Source: Firmicutes bacterium ADurb.Bin248
Lineage (GTDB): Bacteria > Bacillota > Clostridia > Christensenellales > CAG-138
Length of the DNA stretch: 64,000 nt
Assembly (NCBI GenBank): GCA_002069725.1
Contig: MWBW01000002.1
Coordinates: forward strand, 11,225 to 75,224
Direction of reading: 5' to 3'
Shown: piece by piece, positions 1 to 9,201 of the stretch
Position numbering within the stretch: position 1 is the first letter of the stretch
Layout of the letters: every line of letters begins with the position of its first letter
The notes under the pieces: generated by a model
The model's input: only the letters and a program-made list of their open reading frames with translations
The model's database searches: none
What the model was told of the DNA's origin: nothing
Position numbers and translations under genes: made by a program

Positions 1-390
1 CTGACGCTGCTCCTGGGCGGCATCGCGGCGATTTCGCTGCTGGTCGGGGGCGTGGGCATCATGAACATCATGCTCGTGTCCGTGACGGAGCGCACCAAGG
101 AAATCGGCATACGCAAGGCCATCGGCGCGGGGCGGGGGAGCATCATGATGCAGTTCCTTATTGAAGCGTTGCTGTTAAGCCTGTTCGGATGCGTATTTGG
201 GCTGCTGTTCTCATGGGGTATCCTGGAGATCGTCACGCTGATCGCCGGAGGTATCTCGTTTGCCATGTCTCCGTCCACCATCGCATTGGCGGTTGGTTTC
301 TCTTCGGCCATCGGCTTGATTTTCGGGCTCTATCCCGCAAACAAGGCGGCTAAGAAACATCCGATCGAGGCGCTGCGGTACGACGGGTGA
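1..390 (+). CDS. ABC transporter permease, FtsX/MacB family (C-terminal part; 5' end lies outside the window)
   Basis: Frame 1 is open from base 1. It contains ...[19 protein letters not shown]... and the C-terminal ..[16 protein letters not shown], hallmark FtsX/MacB permease motifs, with hydrophobic helices between them. Confidence 0.85.
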   Translation: MTLLLGGIAAISLLVGGVGIMNIMLVSVTERTKEIGIRKAIGAGRGSIMMQFLIEALLLSLFGCVFGLLFSWGILEIVTLIAGGISFAMSPSTIALAVGFSSAIGLIFGLYPANKAAKKHPIEALRYDG

Positions 391-590
391 GATCAAGGAA
401 ACGGAAGAAGGCAAGCGCATCTCTGGAGCGCTTTGCCGGAGCTGTGCTGGGGCGTTTAGCCGGCAATATGCTCACAATAAAGCTGAACTTTGAGTATTAC
501 GGCTGCGCCAATCAGGTGTTTTATGAAGTTTATGTATCGGGTGCCGGACGCCTTGCTGTCGTAATTCATACGGTTTGCCGATGGGCTGAA

Positions 591-618
591 CGCGAAATGC
601 CTGCAAGGGCATTTCGCG
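591..618. terminator. GC hairpin between convergent genes (tentative terminator)
   Basis: Perfect 11-bp inverted repeat CGCGAAATGCC/GGCATTTCGCG with a 6-nt loop. Only a weak T-run (GGTTTGG) follows. Confidence 0.3.
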
Positions 619-677
619 GGTTTGGACATAAAAACGGCTCTCCTGCCGGTGCGCTTCCTAAGCCCGCGCGCGGAAAT

Positions 678-2084
678 TCAGCGCATCGCCGGAACAAGCA
701 GATAGGCTTCCTGCTCCAAAGAAGCGCCGGCACAGACGCAACTGAAACGGTATACCGGCTGATAGTAGCCCTTCGAGTCGAGCAGATAAGTCAACTCCAC
801 GCTTTGAAGTTCGATGGAACGGGGGACGCCCGCGAAATAGAGGGGAACGAATTTTCCCGCCCTCGCCCGCTCGTACGCCTCGGCTTCGCTTATGACTTCG
901 CAAGCCCGATAGGGGCTGCATATGACCATATTATTTCTCACGCTTTTCACGCTTCCGTCGCTGTAATACTCGCACAGCAGCGTGCCGTTCATGATTTTTT
1001 CGCCGTATGAGGCCATATCTGCGCGAAACTGATAGCCGGTATCGGTAAGCTCAAACGCGCAGGCCTCCGGCAATTCGATGTTGATTTGAGCCAAAGCCGC
1101 GCGGACGGCGGCTTCGTCGGCGTCCTGCACCCTTTTGAGGCTTTCGTCGTGCGAAAAATCGGTGTATCTGTATGTGTTCCCCAGATATGTCACCCAGACG
1201 CTGAACTTTCTCCCCTCGGCGTAAAACAGGGCGGATTCGTCGTAAAGATCCGTCTGCGTCTCGTCGAGCGTTGTGCCTTTGGAACTGAAAATCGCCTGCG
1301 CCAGCTCCCGGGCGGTCTGCTCGCTGCCGACGGCGGAGCAATAAATCATAACGCTTCCGGGCTCGTCGGAAAACGCGGCGTCGGAAGAAACCGAAACTTC
1401 GTCCATGTTTGCCTTGAGTCCGCTCAAACAAGCCATGTTTCCGAACTCCTGGAGGGAGTACGCCGTAAAAATGCCGCCGAAGACAAGAGCCATGATCAGG
1501 GCCGGGGCGGCGTATCCGATCGTTTTTCCGGCGCTCAGCTTCTTTTTTTGAACGGCGGAAAGGAACAGCATGCCGAATCCGTACCCGATCAGAACGCCGA
1601 ACGTGTTGCCCATCAGATCGTCCGTTTCAAAGACCCCGACGGAGGCCGCGAGCTGGACAAACTCTATCGCGAGCGTAAAAGCGAACCCGCACAGGACCGT
1701 GCGCCACGCCTTTTGGAACCATTCGCCCCAAAGCGGAAGCAAAAAACCGAATGGGACGAACAGCAGTATATTCAATATGATGTTGCGCCAGCCGCCGACG
1801 TGCCATTCGTTCCAGGCCTGCGCGTAGGAAGAGAACGGCGCGAGGACATACGCCCGCTCGTAACTGCCGCGGTTCAGGAACACCGCCGCGAGCACGACGA
1901 CGACGTAGCACGCGCTGAGGGCCGCAAGCAGCGCCGTTCGCGCGCCGAGCGATTTTGCGCCCTTCATCAACTTTTTGTAAACAAGAAAATATCCGGCGCA
2001 AAACAGGGCCGCCAAAATGAAAACCGCCGCGATGCCCAATGTGAAATACGTTTTTCCGAAGCTGATGATGTCGGCAAGCCTCAT
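678..2084 (-). CDS. VanZ-family membrane protein with a large C-terminal extracytoplasmic domain
   Basis: 468-aa ORF. The N-terminal multi-TM region carries VanZ-type motifs NILLFVPFGFLLP and IEFVQL....ETDDLMGNTFGVLIGY. The C-terminal ~270 aa have no recognised domain. Confidence 0.7.
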   Translation of the reverse strand: MRLADIISFGKTYFTLGIAAVFILAALFCAGYFLVYKKLMKGAKSLGARTALLAALSACYVVVVLAAVFLNRGSYERAYVLAPFSSYAQAWNEWHVGGWRNIILNILLFVPFGFLLPLWGEWFQKAWRTVLCGFAFTLAIEFVQLAASVGVFETDDLMGNTFGVLIGYGFGMLFLSAVQKKKLSAGKTIGYAAPALIMALVFGGIFTAYSLQEFGNMACLSGLKANMDEVSVSSDAAFSDEPGSVMIYCSAVGSEQTARELAQAIFSSKGTTLDETQTDLYDESALFYAEGRKFSVWVTYLGNTYRYTDFSHDESLKRVQDADEAAVRAALAQINIELPEACAFELTDTGYQFRADMASYGEKIMNGTLLCEYYSDGSVKSVRNNMVICSPYRACEVISEAEAYERARAGKFVPLYFAGVPRSIELQSVELTYLLDSKGYYQPVYRFSCVCAGASLEQEAYLLVPAMR

Positions 2085-2208
2085 GGTTTCATCCTTTGCC
2101 CGTCGAAACAGGTTATAATTTCCAATATTGTACCACGCCTTACCGGCATTATAATGAATATCCTGTAAATTCGTCCGTGTATAAGCCCTTTGACGCCTGA
2201 AATCGCTG

Positions 2209-2237
2209 TGGATTTGAAGGCGGCGTTGTGCTATGAT
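2209..2237 (+). promoter_or_regulatory. Candidate extended -10 promoter for the ABC exporter leader
   Basis: TGcTATGAT (2229-2237) with a weak -35 TGGATT placed 17 nt upstream. It lies in the divergent intergenic region. Confidence 0.3.
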
Positions 2238-2347
2238 GTCAGCGTGCCGTTCGCGGCGGCGGCCGCGGGCGGGATCGAATCGATTCTTCCGGTTATACCG
2301 CGGGAAGTGCCGCGATGTAATAAATCAAACAAGAAAGGATGTTACAT

Positions 2348-2429
2348 ATGAAAAACCCAGTTATCGCATCCGCATACAACACAAGGAGGGTGACGATAAT
2401 TTAGCCCTCCTTACAAAGGAGGATTATTC
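2348..2429 (+). promoter_or_regulatory. Candidate leader peptide (18 codons) plus SD-sequestering switch
   Basis: uORF ATG 2348..TAG 2404 (MKNPVIASAYNTRRVTII), preceded by AAGAAAGGA. AAGGAGGG (2383-2390), CCCTCCTT (2405-2412) and AAAGGAGG (2415-2422, the SD of the GTG at 2430) are mutually complementary. Confidence 0.35.
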
Positions 2430-4181
2430 GTGTCTTTCGACAAAAAACCAAGCCGGCTTCGCAGCTTTCTTTCGTATTACAAACCGTACAAGGGACTGCT
2501 GCTCGCCGATCTTCTTTGTTCTCTGTCGGTCGCCGCGCTCGCGCTTGTTCTGCCGGTCTGCGTCCGTTATATCACCAAGGATATGCTGCAATCCGGCGCA
2601 AACGATATGCTCGGCGAGATCGTCCGCATAGGCGCGATCATGATCGCGGTCATACTGGCGCAAACCGCTTTCGCGTTTTTTTACGACTATAAGGGGCACG
2701 ACATGGGCGCGAAGATCGAGCGCGACATGCGCCGCGAGCTGTTCGCGCATTACCAGAAGCTCCCGTTCAGCTTCTTCGACAACCAGAAAACCGGGCAGCT
2801 CATCTCCCGCCTGACAAACGACCTTCTCAACCTGGCGGAGCTGTACCACCACGGGCCGGAGGACCTGATCATCTACGGAACGCAGTTCGTCGGCTCGCTG
2901 ATCATACTGCTGTGCATCAATTGGAAGCTGGCGCTGGTCGTCTGCGCGTTCCTGCCCGTGATGGCCCTCTATTCCTTTGTTTTCTACCGCAAGCTCAGGG
3001 GCGTCTACCGGCAAAGCCACGAGCGCATCGCCGACGTCAACGCGCGCGCGGAAGAGAACCTCTCCGGCATCCGCGTGGTCAAGAGCTTCGCTGCGGAGGA
3101 ATTCGAAACGGCGAAGTTCGCCCGGGAGAACGACCGCTTTTACAGGAGCCGTTCGAGCATTTACAAGCACGAGGCCCTGTACTACACCGGCATCGAGCTC
3201 TTTTTCACGCAGCTCATCACCGTGGCGATTATTGTCGCGGGCGGCGTGTGGATCGCGGGCGGGACGCTCGCGCCCGCCGACCTGCTGGTCTTCATACTTT
3301 ACGCGGCGTATCTCACGGGGCCCGCGCCCAAGCTCGCTTTTATGGTGCAGCTCTATCAGGACGGGTTCGCCGGTTATCGGCGCTTTCGCGAAATCATGGA
3401 GATCACGCCCGATATACGGGATGCGCAAAACGCCGTCGAGCTGAAAGTCGCCCGGGGCCGCGTGTCTTTCGAACATGTGTCGTTCCGGTACGGCGAAGAC
3501 CAGGAATATGTCCTGCGGGATATCGATCTTGACGTCCGGCCCGGCGAAACCGTGGCAATCGTTGGGCGCTCCGGCATCGGCAAAACGACGCTGTGCTCCC
3601 TGATCCCCCGCTTTTACGACGCGAGCGAAGGGGACATCCGCATCGACGGCGCAAGCGTGCGCGACGTGACGCTGAACTCCCTGCGGCGCCAAATCGGCGT
3701 CGTGCGGCAGGAGACGTTTCTGTTCGCAGGAACCATCATGGAAAACATACTCTACGGCAGGCCGGAAGCGACGGCGGAGGAAGCCGTGGAAGCCGCCAGG
3801 CGCGCCAACGCCCACGGCTTCATCATGGAATTGCCCGACGGTTATGAAACAGACATCGGGCAGCGCGGCGTAAAGCTCTCCGGCGGGCAGCAGCAGCGCA
3901 TCAGCATCGCGCGGGCGTTTCTGAAAAATCCGCCCATACTCATCTTCGACGAGGCGACGAGCGCGCTCGACTACGAGAGCGAGCGGGCCGTTATGGACAG
4001 CCTGAAAACGCTTGCCCGGGGGCGCACGACCTTTATCATCGCCCACCGCTTGAGCACCATACGCAACGCCGACCGGATCGTCGTCCTCGCGCAAGGAGGC
4101 ATCGTCGAGCAGGGCGCGCACGATGCGCTGTACGCCATGGACGGCGCGTACGCAAAGCTGTACAACGCCAACGAGGCGTGA
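2430..4181 (+). CDS. ABC transporter ATP-binding protein/permease (type I exporter half-transporter)
   Basis: N-terminal 6-TM exporter domain. Walker A GRSGIGKTT, signature LSGGQQQR, Walker B ILIFDEATSALD, H-loop IIAHRL. GTG start 7 nt after AAAGGAGG. Confidence 0.9.
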   Translation: MSFDKKPSRLRSFLSYYKPYKGLLLADLLCSLSVAALALVLPVCVRYITKDMLQSGANDMLGEIVRIGAIMIAVILAQTAFAFFYDYKGHDMGAKIERDMRRELFAHYQKLPFSFFDNQKTGQLISRLTNDLLNLAELYHHGPEDLIIYGTQFVGSLIILLCINWKLALVVCAFLPVMALYSFVFYRKLRGVYRQSHERIADVNARAEENLSGIRVVKSFAAEEFETAKFARENDRFYRSRSSIYKHEALYYTGIELFFTQLITVAIIVAGGVWIAGGTLAPADLLVFILYAAYLTGPAPKLAFMVQLYQDGFAGYRRFREIMEITPDIRDAQNAVELKVARGRVSFEHVSFRYGEDQEYVLRDIDLDVRPGETVAIVGRSGIGKTTLCSLIPRFYDASEGDIRIDGASVRDVTLNSLRRQIGVVRQETFLFAGTIMENILYGRPEATAEEAVEAARRANAHGFIMELPDGYETDIGQRGVKLSGGQQQRISIARAFLKNPPILIFDEATSALDYESERAVMDSLKTLARGRTTFIIAHRLSTIRNADRIVVLAQGGIVEQGAHDALYAMDGAYAKLYNANEA

Positions 4182-4208
4182 GACGCGCCTGATCGGCGCA
4201 AAACCATA

Positions 4209-4236
4209 CAGGCCGGGGCATGCACGCCCCGGCCTG
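4209..4236. terminator. GC hairpin between convergent genes (possible bidirectional terminator)
   Basis: CAGGCCGGGGC / GCCCCGGCCTG, an 11-bp perfect stem with a 6-nt loop. No U-tract on either side. Confidence 0.45.
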
Positions 4237-4262
4237 ATTCCGCCCGGCCAATTCCACCCGTA

Positions 4263-5402
4263 TTACCCCACCAGCAGCAGCGCGCTGTCGTTCAGAATCA
4301 GGCTGCCGTAGAGGAACAGCGCGTCCGCGTTCGCGTCGAACTCGATCAGTTTGAACAGCGCGTCCGCCGAGATGTAGCGAAGGTCGATCAAGGTGATTTT
4401 CGCGTATTCTCCCGCGAGCAGCGGCGCGAGGCTGCTTGCGAACGAGTCGCGGAACAGATAAAGCTGCCTGTCCGTCGAAGCCGCCGGGTTTTCGATGGTC
4501 ACGATCGGCTGCGGCCCGGATAGGTAGACGCTGTAAGGATCGACGCTGAAAAAAAGGCTTTCGTCGTACATGACGCTGTCGATCATCCCGAGCGTTTTCG
4601 TGTCGAGCAGCTTCACCCGCGCGTTCGCGAGCGCGTCGTTCGTCAGGCATGCGAGCGTTTCGCCCGGAAGCGGCAGCGCGTATTGCCCGAAGTACGCGCC
4701 GTAGAACGGATAGAGCTCCTTACCCTCGAAATCTTCATCCGCGGCAAAGCCCATCGCGAAGCCGAGCGCCGCGAGCACGGGGGAAAGCGCCGTCTGTTTC
4801 CAGTGCAAATCGCCCGCGTAGTAGGAATCCCTGCCGAGCGCGTCCCCGAGGGAGATGTACGACGCGCCCGCGAGGTTTTCCCGTATGACGGCTTCGAGCG
4901 CGCCGAAACCGCCGTCCGGATAGGCCGTGCCGCGCGCGAGGTAATGCCCCTTGTCGGGGATGGCCGCCATGTAGACCTTCGCGCCGTCCGGCAGGCGCGC
5001 TATGACCTTGTTGATCTTGGCGATCGCGCGCGCGGCCGAGGCCGCGTCGAACGCGCTCAGCCTGGCGAGGCTGCCGTCCACGGCGTACAGGCCGTTGTTG
5101 TCGAGCAGGCGAAGCGCGTTGTATTGCGCGTACGCCTTGAGCGCGCGCATCGCGTCCCGCCCGACGAAGGAGTCCTGCGCGAAAGCTTCGAAATCCTCCG
5201 CGAAGCTGTCGTTGAGCCGAAGCTTGCCGCTTGAAACGGAAGCGAAGCGCGGCAGCGCCGCGAGCCTGCGGCGCTCGCTTTTGGATACCTCGGGCGGCGT
5301 ATGCACGAGGTTCGCGATGGTCAGGCCGAGCAAAACCCCGGCGAGCAGCATCGCCGTGAGCTTGGCCTGGAGCGGATTCATCCCGCGGGGTTTCGCTTCC
5401 AT
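4263..5402 (-). CDS. DHHW-family protein (AlgX/AlgJ-like SGNH-fold partner of MBOAT)
   Basis: N-terminal TM anchor. ...YYAGDLHWKQ... sits at the position of the DHHW family motif (here DLHW). Start is 9 nt after the MBOAT stop and has a GGGAGG SD. Confidence 0.65.
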   Translation of the reverse strand: MEAKPRGMNPLQAKLTAMLLAGVLLGLTIANLVHTPPEVSKSERRRLAALPRFASVSSGKLRLNDSFAEDFEAFAQDSFVGRDAMRALKAYAQYNALRLLDNNGLYAVDGSLARLSAFDAASAARAIAKINKVIARLPDGAKVYMAAIPDKGHYLARGTAYPDGGFGALEAVIRENLAGASYISLGDALGRDSYYAGDLHWKQTALSPVLAALGFAMGFAADEDFEGKELYPFYGAYFGQYALPLPGETLACLTNDALANARVKLLDTKTLGMIDSVMYDESLFFSVDPYSVYLSGPQPIVTIENPAASTDRQLYLFRDSFASSLAPLLAGEYAKITLIDLRYISADALFKLIEFDANADALFLYGSLILNDSALLLVG

Positions 5403-5411
5403 GGCGCCTCC

Positions 5412-6848
5412 CTAAAACCTGAAGTAGATGAACGGATTGAAGGACCCGTCCACAGCGTATGCGCTCGAAATTATGAGCAGCGCGGCGAGAGCGGCCGGCC
5501 GCGCGAGCGAGAGCGCGACGGCCCCCGCCTTCGAATGATGCCGCGCGAGCGCGTTCTCGAGACTTTCCATGAGCCGCTTGGGCAGGGGCGTCGCGCCGAG
5601 TATGCCGATTGTAAACAAGAAAGCGTAGCTCGAAAGATAATACCTCGACCACGCCCCCGCGGCGGCGATGCCGCCGGCGCCGACGAGTTCCCCCGCGCGC
5701 GAGAGCGCTCCGGCGAGGGTCGGGGAATCGAACAGGCACCAGCTGAACACCAGCACGAGCAGCGTGTACAGATGCGAAACCAAGCCGGGCAGCTTCTTGA
5801 GCGCGCGCAGGAGGAAGGCTTTTTCGAGCGTCATGACGAGCGCGAAGTACAGCCCCCAGAGCACGAAATTCCAGCTCGCGCCGTGCCAGAGGCCCGTGAG
5901 CGCCCACACGGCGAGTATGTTGCGGATGCGCTTGGCAGGGGAGACGCGGTTGCCGCCCAGCGGGATGTAAACATAATCCCGGAACCACGCGCCGAGCGTC
6001 ATGTGCCAGCGCCGCCAGAACTCGGTGACGCTCCTCGCGGCGTACGGGTAATCGAAATTCTCGGGGAAGCGGAAGCCCATCATGCGCCCGAGGCCTATGG
6101 CCATGTCGCTGTAGCCCGAGAAATCGTAGTAGATGCGAAGCGTATAGCCCGCTATGTACAGCCACGCGAAGAGCGCGCTGCGCTCGGTCCCGCCGGTATA
6201 AGCCGCGCACAGGTCGGCGAAGGCGTTCGCGAGCAGCGCTTTTTTGGCGAGGCCCAGCACGAAGCGCTGCGCGCCCGCCGCGAAATCTGGCAGGGTTTGC
6301 TTTCTTCGCGCGAGGTCGCCCGCGATCGAATCATAGCGCACGATGGGGCCGGAGAGGATCTGCGCGTATAGGAACGCATAAGCTGCGAAGGTCACAAGGT
6401 TCCCTTGGGCCCGCGTTTTGCCGCGATAAACATCGAAGAGATAGCTCAGAAGCTGGAACGTATAAAAGCTGATGCCCAGAGGCAGCGCGAGCGAAATCAG
6501 CGGGACCGGCCCGCTGTCCGCGCCCGGCGCGAGCAGGGAATTGACGGCTTTGATGAAGAAGTCCGCGTATTTGAACAGCGCGAGCGCGCCGACGAGCAGC
6601 CCGATTGCGAGCGCGGCGAACAGCTTCGCTTTCCCGGTGCCCCTGTGCCGGCCGATCAGCAACCCCGCGCCGAAGGCGACGAGCGTTTCGGCCGCGAGCA
6701 GGGGAAGGTATGCGGGCGCGCCCCAGGCGTAAAAAACGACGCTGCAGGCGAGCAGCGCGGCGTTCTTCCACCTGCGCGGCGCGGCGAGGCAGAGCGCCAG
6801 GGCGGCGGGCAGGAAGTAGTATAAAAATGTGACGCCGGAAAAGAGCAT
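5412..6848 (-). CDS. MBOAT-family O-acyltransferase (AlgI/DltB-like)
   Basis: Multi-TM 478-aa protein with FWRRWHMTLGAWFRDYVYIPLGGNR and GLWHGASWNF, the conserved MBOAT histidine regions. Confidence 0.9.
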   Translation of the reverse strand: MLFSGVTFLYYFLPAALALCLAAPRRWKNAALLACSVVFYAWGAPAYLPLLAAETLVAFGAGLLIGRHRGTGKAKLFAALAIGLLVGALALFKYADFFIKAVNSLLAPGADSGPVPLISLALPLGISFYTFQLLSYLFDVYRGKTRAQGNLVTFAAYAFLYAQILSGPIVRYDSIAGDLARRKQTLPDFAAGAQRFVLGLAKKALLANAFADLCAAYTGGTERSALFAWLYIAGYTLRIYYDFSGYSDMAIGLGRMMGFRFPENFDYPYAARSVTEFWRRWHMTLGAWFRDYVYIPLGGNRVSPAKRIRNILAVWALTGLWHGASWNFVLWGLYFALVMTLEKAFLLRALKKLPGLVSHLYTLLVLVFSWCLFDSPTLAGALSRAGELVGAGGIAAAGAWSRYYLSSYAFLFTIGILGATPLPKRLMESLENALARHHSKAGAVALSLARPAALAALLIISSAYAVDGSFNPFIYFRF

Positions 6849-6917
6849 GACGACCTCACGGGAGCGGGAACGAAGCGGCGGCGTCCTTTTTTCAGGGCGC
6901 CGCCTGCTTTGCCCCGG

Positions 6918-7559
6918 TTATTCGGCCTCGAAGAATACGTCCGCTTCGCCCGCGGCGTCGCCCGCGAGCGCGCGGAAAGCGTCCTCGAGGGCGGTCGCAA
7001 TTTCATCGTAGGAGGCGATGAGGAACACGTAGCTGCCCGCCTCCACGACGAGGCACCGGTCCGGGCGCACGCACACCCAGCGGCCCGAGTCGAAGCCCTT
7101 GGCAACGAGCGATTTCACCTCGGCGGCGGAAGCCGCGTCCTTGCACTTGACAAGCGCCGTTAAATGCGCGGATACGTTCATGGCGGCCATGGAAACGTAC
7201 GCGTCCTCGGCGTACTCGCTAAGCTGCTCCGGCGTGAGGCCGAGGTAGCTCTGGCAGGTTTCGGCGGTGATCTGCTCGTCGAAGGTCTCAAAGTCGATGT
7301 TCGCGCCCTCGTTGACGGCGGCGAGTATGTCCTTCGTGTCGCCGGCAAGGCCGCTCTGGACGGGCGTCGGCGAGGGGGTCGCCGGCGCAAGCGTCTCCAT
7401 GGGCGGGGCCGTCGTGACGGCGGGCGGCGTCGCGGTGGGGGCGGGCGACGCCGGCTTGCAGCCGGAAACGAGCGCCGCGAAGGCCGCGAGCAGCGCGAGG
7501 GCAATCAGGATCTGTCTTTTCATGTTCGGTCTCCTTTGGGTTCCGTTTGTATTGCGCAT
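6918..7559 (-). CDS. Lipoprotein, DUF4358-like
   Basis: Signal peptide with lipobox LVSGC, a Pro/Thr/Ala-rich linker, and a C-terminal domain resembling DUF4358. It is the first gene of the DUF4358-MBOAT-DHHW string. Confidence 0.55.
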   Translation of the reverse strand: MRNTNGTQRRPNMKRQILIALALLAAFAALVSGCKPASPAPTATPPAVTTAPPMETLAPATPSPTPVQSGLAGDTKDILAAVNEGANIDFETFDEQITAETCQSYLGLTPEQLSEYAEDAYVSMAAMNVSAHLTALVKCKDAASAAEVKSLVAKGFDSGRWVCVRPDRCLVVEAGSYVFLIASYDEIATALEDAFRALAGDAAGEADVFFEAE

Positions 7560-7698
7560 TTGCCATGCATTGATTATACGGACAACATGCGCGAAAGGTT
7601 CGCTTTGCGGCGGAATCCGTCCGGATTTTCAACAGGCAGGCGAGGAACGCTTTTCCATCGCTGCGGCCGCGCGCAAATGTTAAGTTAAATTTCGCCGG

Positions 7699-7744
7699 TT
7701 CAATTTCACCGCCCGTTGTGGTATGATTCATATATTGACAATAT
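7699..7744 (+). promoter_or_regulatory. Candidate MATE promoter with an overlapping palindrome
   Basis: -35 TTCAAT (7699-7704), a 17-nt spacer ending in TGg, and -10 TATGAT (7722-7727). The 13-bp perfect palindrome ATATTGACAATAT (7732-7744) follows immediately. Confidence 0.4.
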
Positions 7745-7793
7745 TTACGGGAGATTATGAGCTACGAAACGATTTAAGCGCGGCGACGCGGAC

Positions 7794-9200
7794 ATGACGC
7801 AGGGCGTCGTCTGGAAACAGCTCCTCGGATTTGCGATCCCGATGAGCGTGGGCCTGCTCTTTCAGCAGATGTACAACACGTTCGACGCGGTCGTGGTGGG
7901 ACAGTTCGTGGGCAAGGAAGCGCTCGCCGCGGTGGGCAGCACGGGCAGCATCGTGAACATGCTCGTGGGGCTCTGCGCGGGGCTTTCAACGGGGGCGAGC
8001 GTCGTCATCTCGCAGGCCTACGGCGCGAAGGAATATAAAAAGCTCAGCGACGCCGTGCACACGACCATACTCGTCACGTTCATACTGAGCATCGTCGCGA
8101 CCGTCTCGGGCATATTGCTCGTGCCGCCCATGCTCAGGCTGATGAACGCACCGGAAGACGTGTTTCCGCAGGCGAAGCTGTATCTGACGATCTACTTTTC
8201 GGGGGTCGCGGGTCTTCTCATGTACAACATGGGCGCGGGCATACTGCGCGCGGTGGGCGACTCGAGGCGGCCGCTGTATTTCCTGATTTTTTCGGCGACG
8301 CTCGACATCGGCATGAACTTCCTGTTCGTGGTCGTGTTCCATTGGGATATCAAGGGCGTCGCCTATTCGACCGTCATCGCGCAGGTGCTCTCGGCGGCGC
8401 TGGTGCTCTATACGCTCACCCGAACGGACGCGCCCTACGCGATCCGCTGGGGCGGCCTTCGCATCAAGCCGGAAATTCTGAAAAAAATACTCTCCATAGG
8501 CCTGCCCGCGAGCATACAGCAGGCTGTGACCTCGTTCACCAACGTGTTCGTCCAGTCCTACATCAACTCCTTCGGCTCGGGCGCCATGGCGGGCTGGTCG
8601 AGCTACAACAAGATCGACTCCTACGCGCTCGTGCCCGTGCAGAGCATTTCGCTCGCTTCGACCACTTTCGTCGGCCAGAACTACGGCGCGGGGCAGATCG
8701 GCCGCGCGCGCAAGGGCGTGCGGCAGGCGCTGACGATGTCCCTCGTCATCACGGCCGTGCTCTGCGCGCTGATGGTGGTTTTCCGCCGCCCGCTCGTGTC
8801 GATCTTTACCAACGATCCGGAGGTGCTCGACTTCGGCGGACGCTTCCTCGCGATCATATCGCCCTTCTACGTGCTGATCTGCTTCAACCAGATCTTTTCG
8901 GGCGCGCTTCGCGGCACGGGCCGCGCCAAAACGCCCATGATCGTGATGATCTCCTCTTTTGTCGTGTTCCGGCAGATCTATCTGTTCGTGTCTAAGCTCC
9001 TCGGCGGCGGTTTTTTGGCCGTCGCGCTCGCATATCCGGCGGGCTGGGTCGTGTGCAGCCTCGTCATGGCCGTCGTCTATTTAAGAAGCCCGCTTTGCCG
9101 TGAGCGCGACGGGGAAGGCGCCGCTTCCCGCGCCGGCGCGAGCGCGGCCGCGGAGGCTCTGGAGGAGGCGCTCTCGGCGGGCGAGGGCATCGAGGGGTGA
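7794..9200 (+). CDS. MATE-family efflux transporter
   Basis: 468 aa, about 12 TM helices. The N-terminus ..VWKQLLGFAIPMSVGLLFQQMYNTFDAVVVGQFVGKEALAAVG.. is typical of MATE proteins. ATG 7794 is the only in-frame start after the stop at 7758-7760. Confidence 0.9.
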   Translation: MTQGVVWKQLLGFAIPMSVGLLFQQMYNTFDAVVVGQFVGKEALAAVGSTGSIVNMLVGLCAGLSTGASVVISQAYGAKEYKKLSDAVHTTILVTFILSIVATVSGILLVPPMLRLMNAPEDVFPQAKLYLTIYFSGVAGLLMYNMGAGILRAVGDSRRPLYFLIFSATLDIGMNFLFVVVFHWDIKGVAYSTVIAQVLSAALVLYTLTRTDAPYAIRWGGLRIKPEILKKILSIGLPASIQQAVTSFTNVFVQSYINSFGSGAMAGWSSYNKIDSYALVPVQSISLASTTFVGQNYGAGQIGRARKGVRQALTMSLVITAVLCALMVVFRRPLVSIFTNDPEVLDFGGRFLAIISPFYVLICFNQIFSGALRGTGRAKTPMIVMISSFVVFRQIYLFVSKLLGGGFLAVALAYPAGWVVCSLVMAVVYLRSPLCRERDGEGAASRAGASAAAEALEEALSAGEGIEG

Positions 9201-9201
9201 T

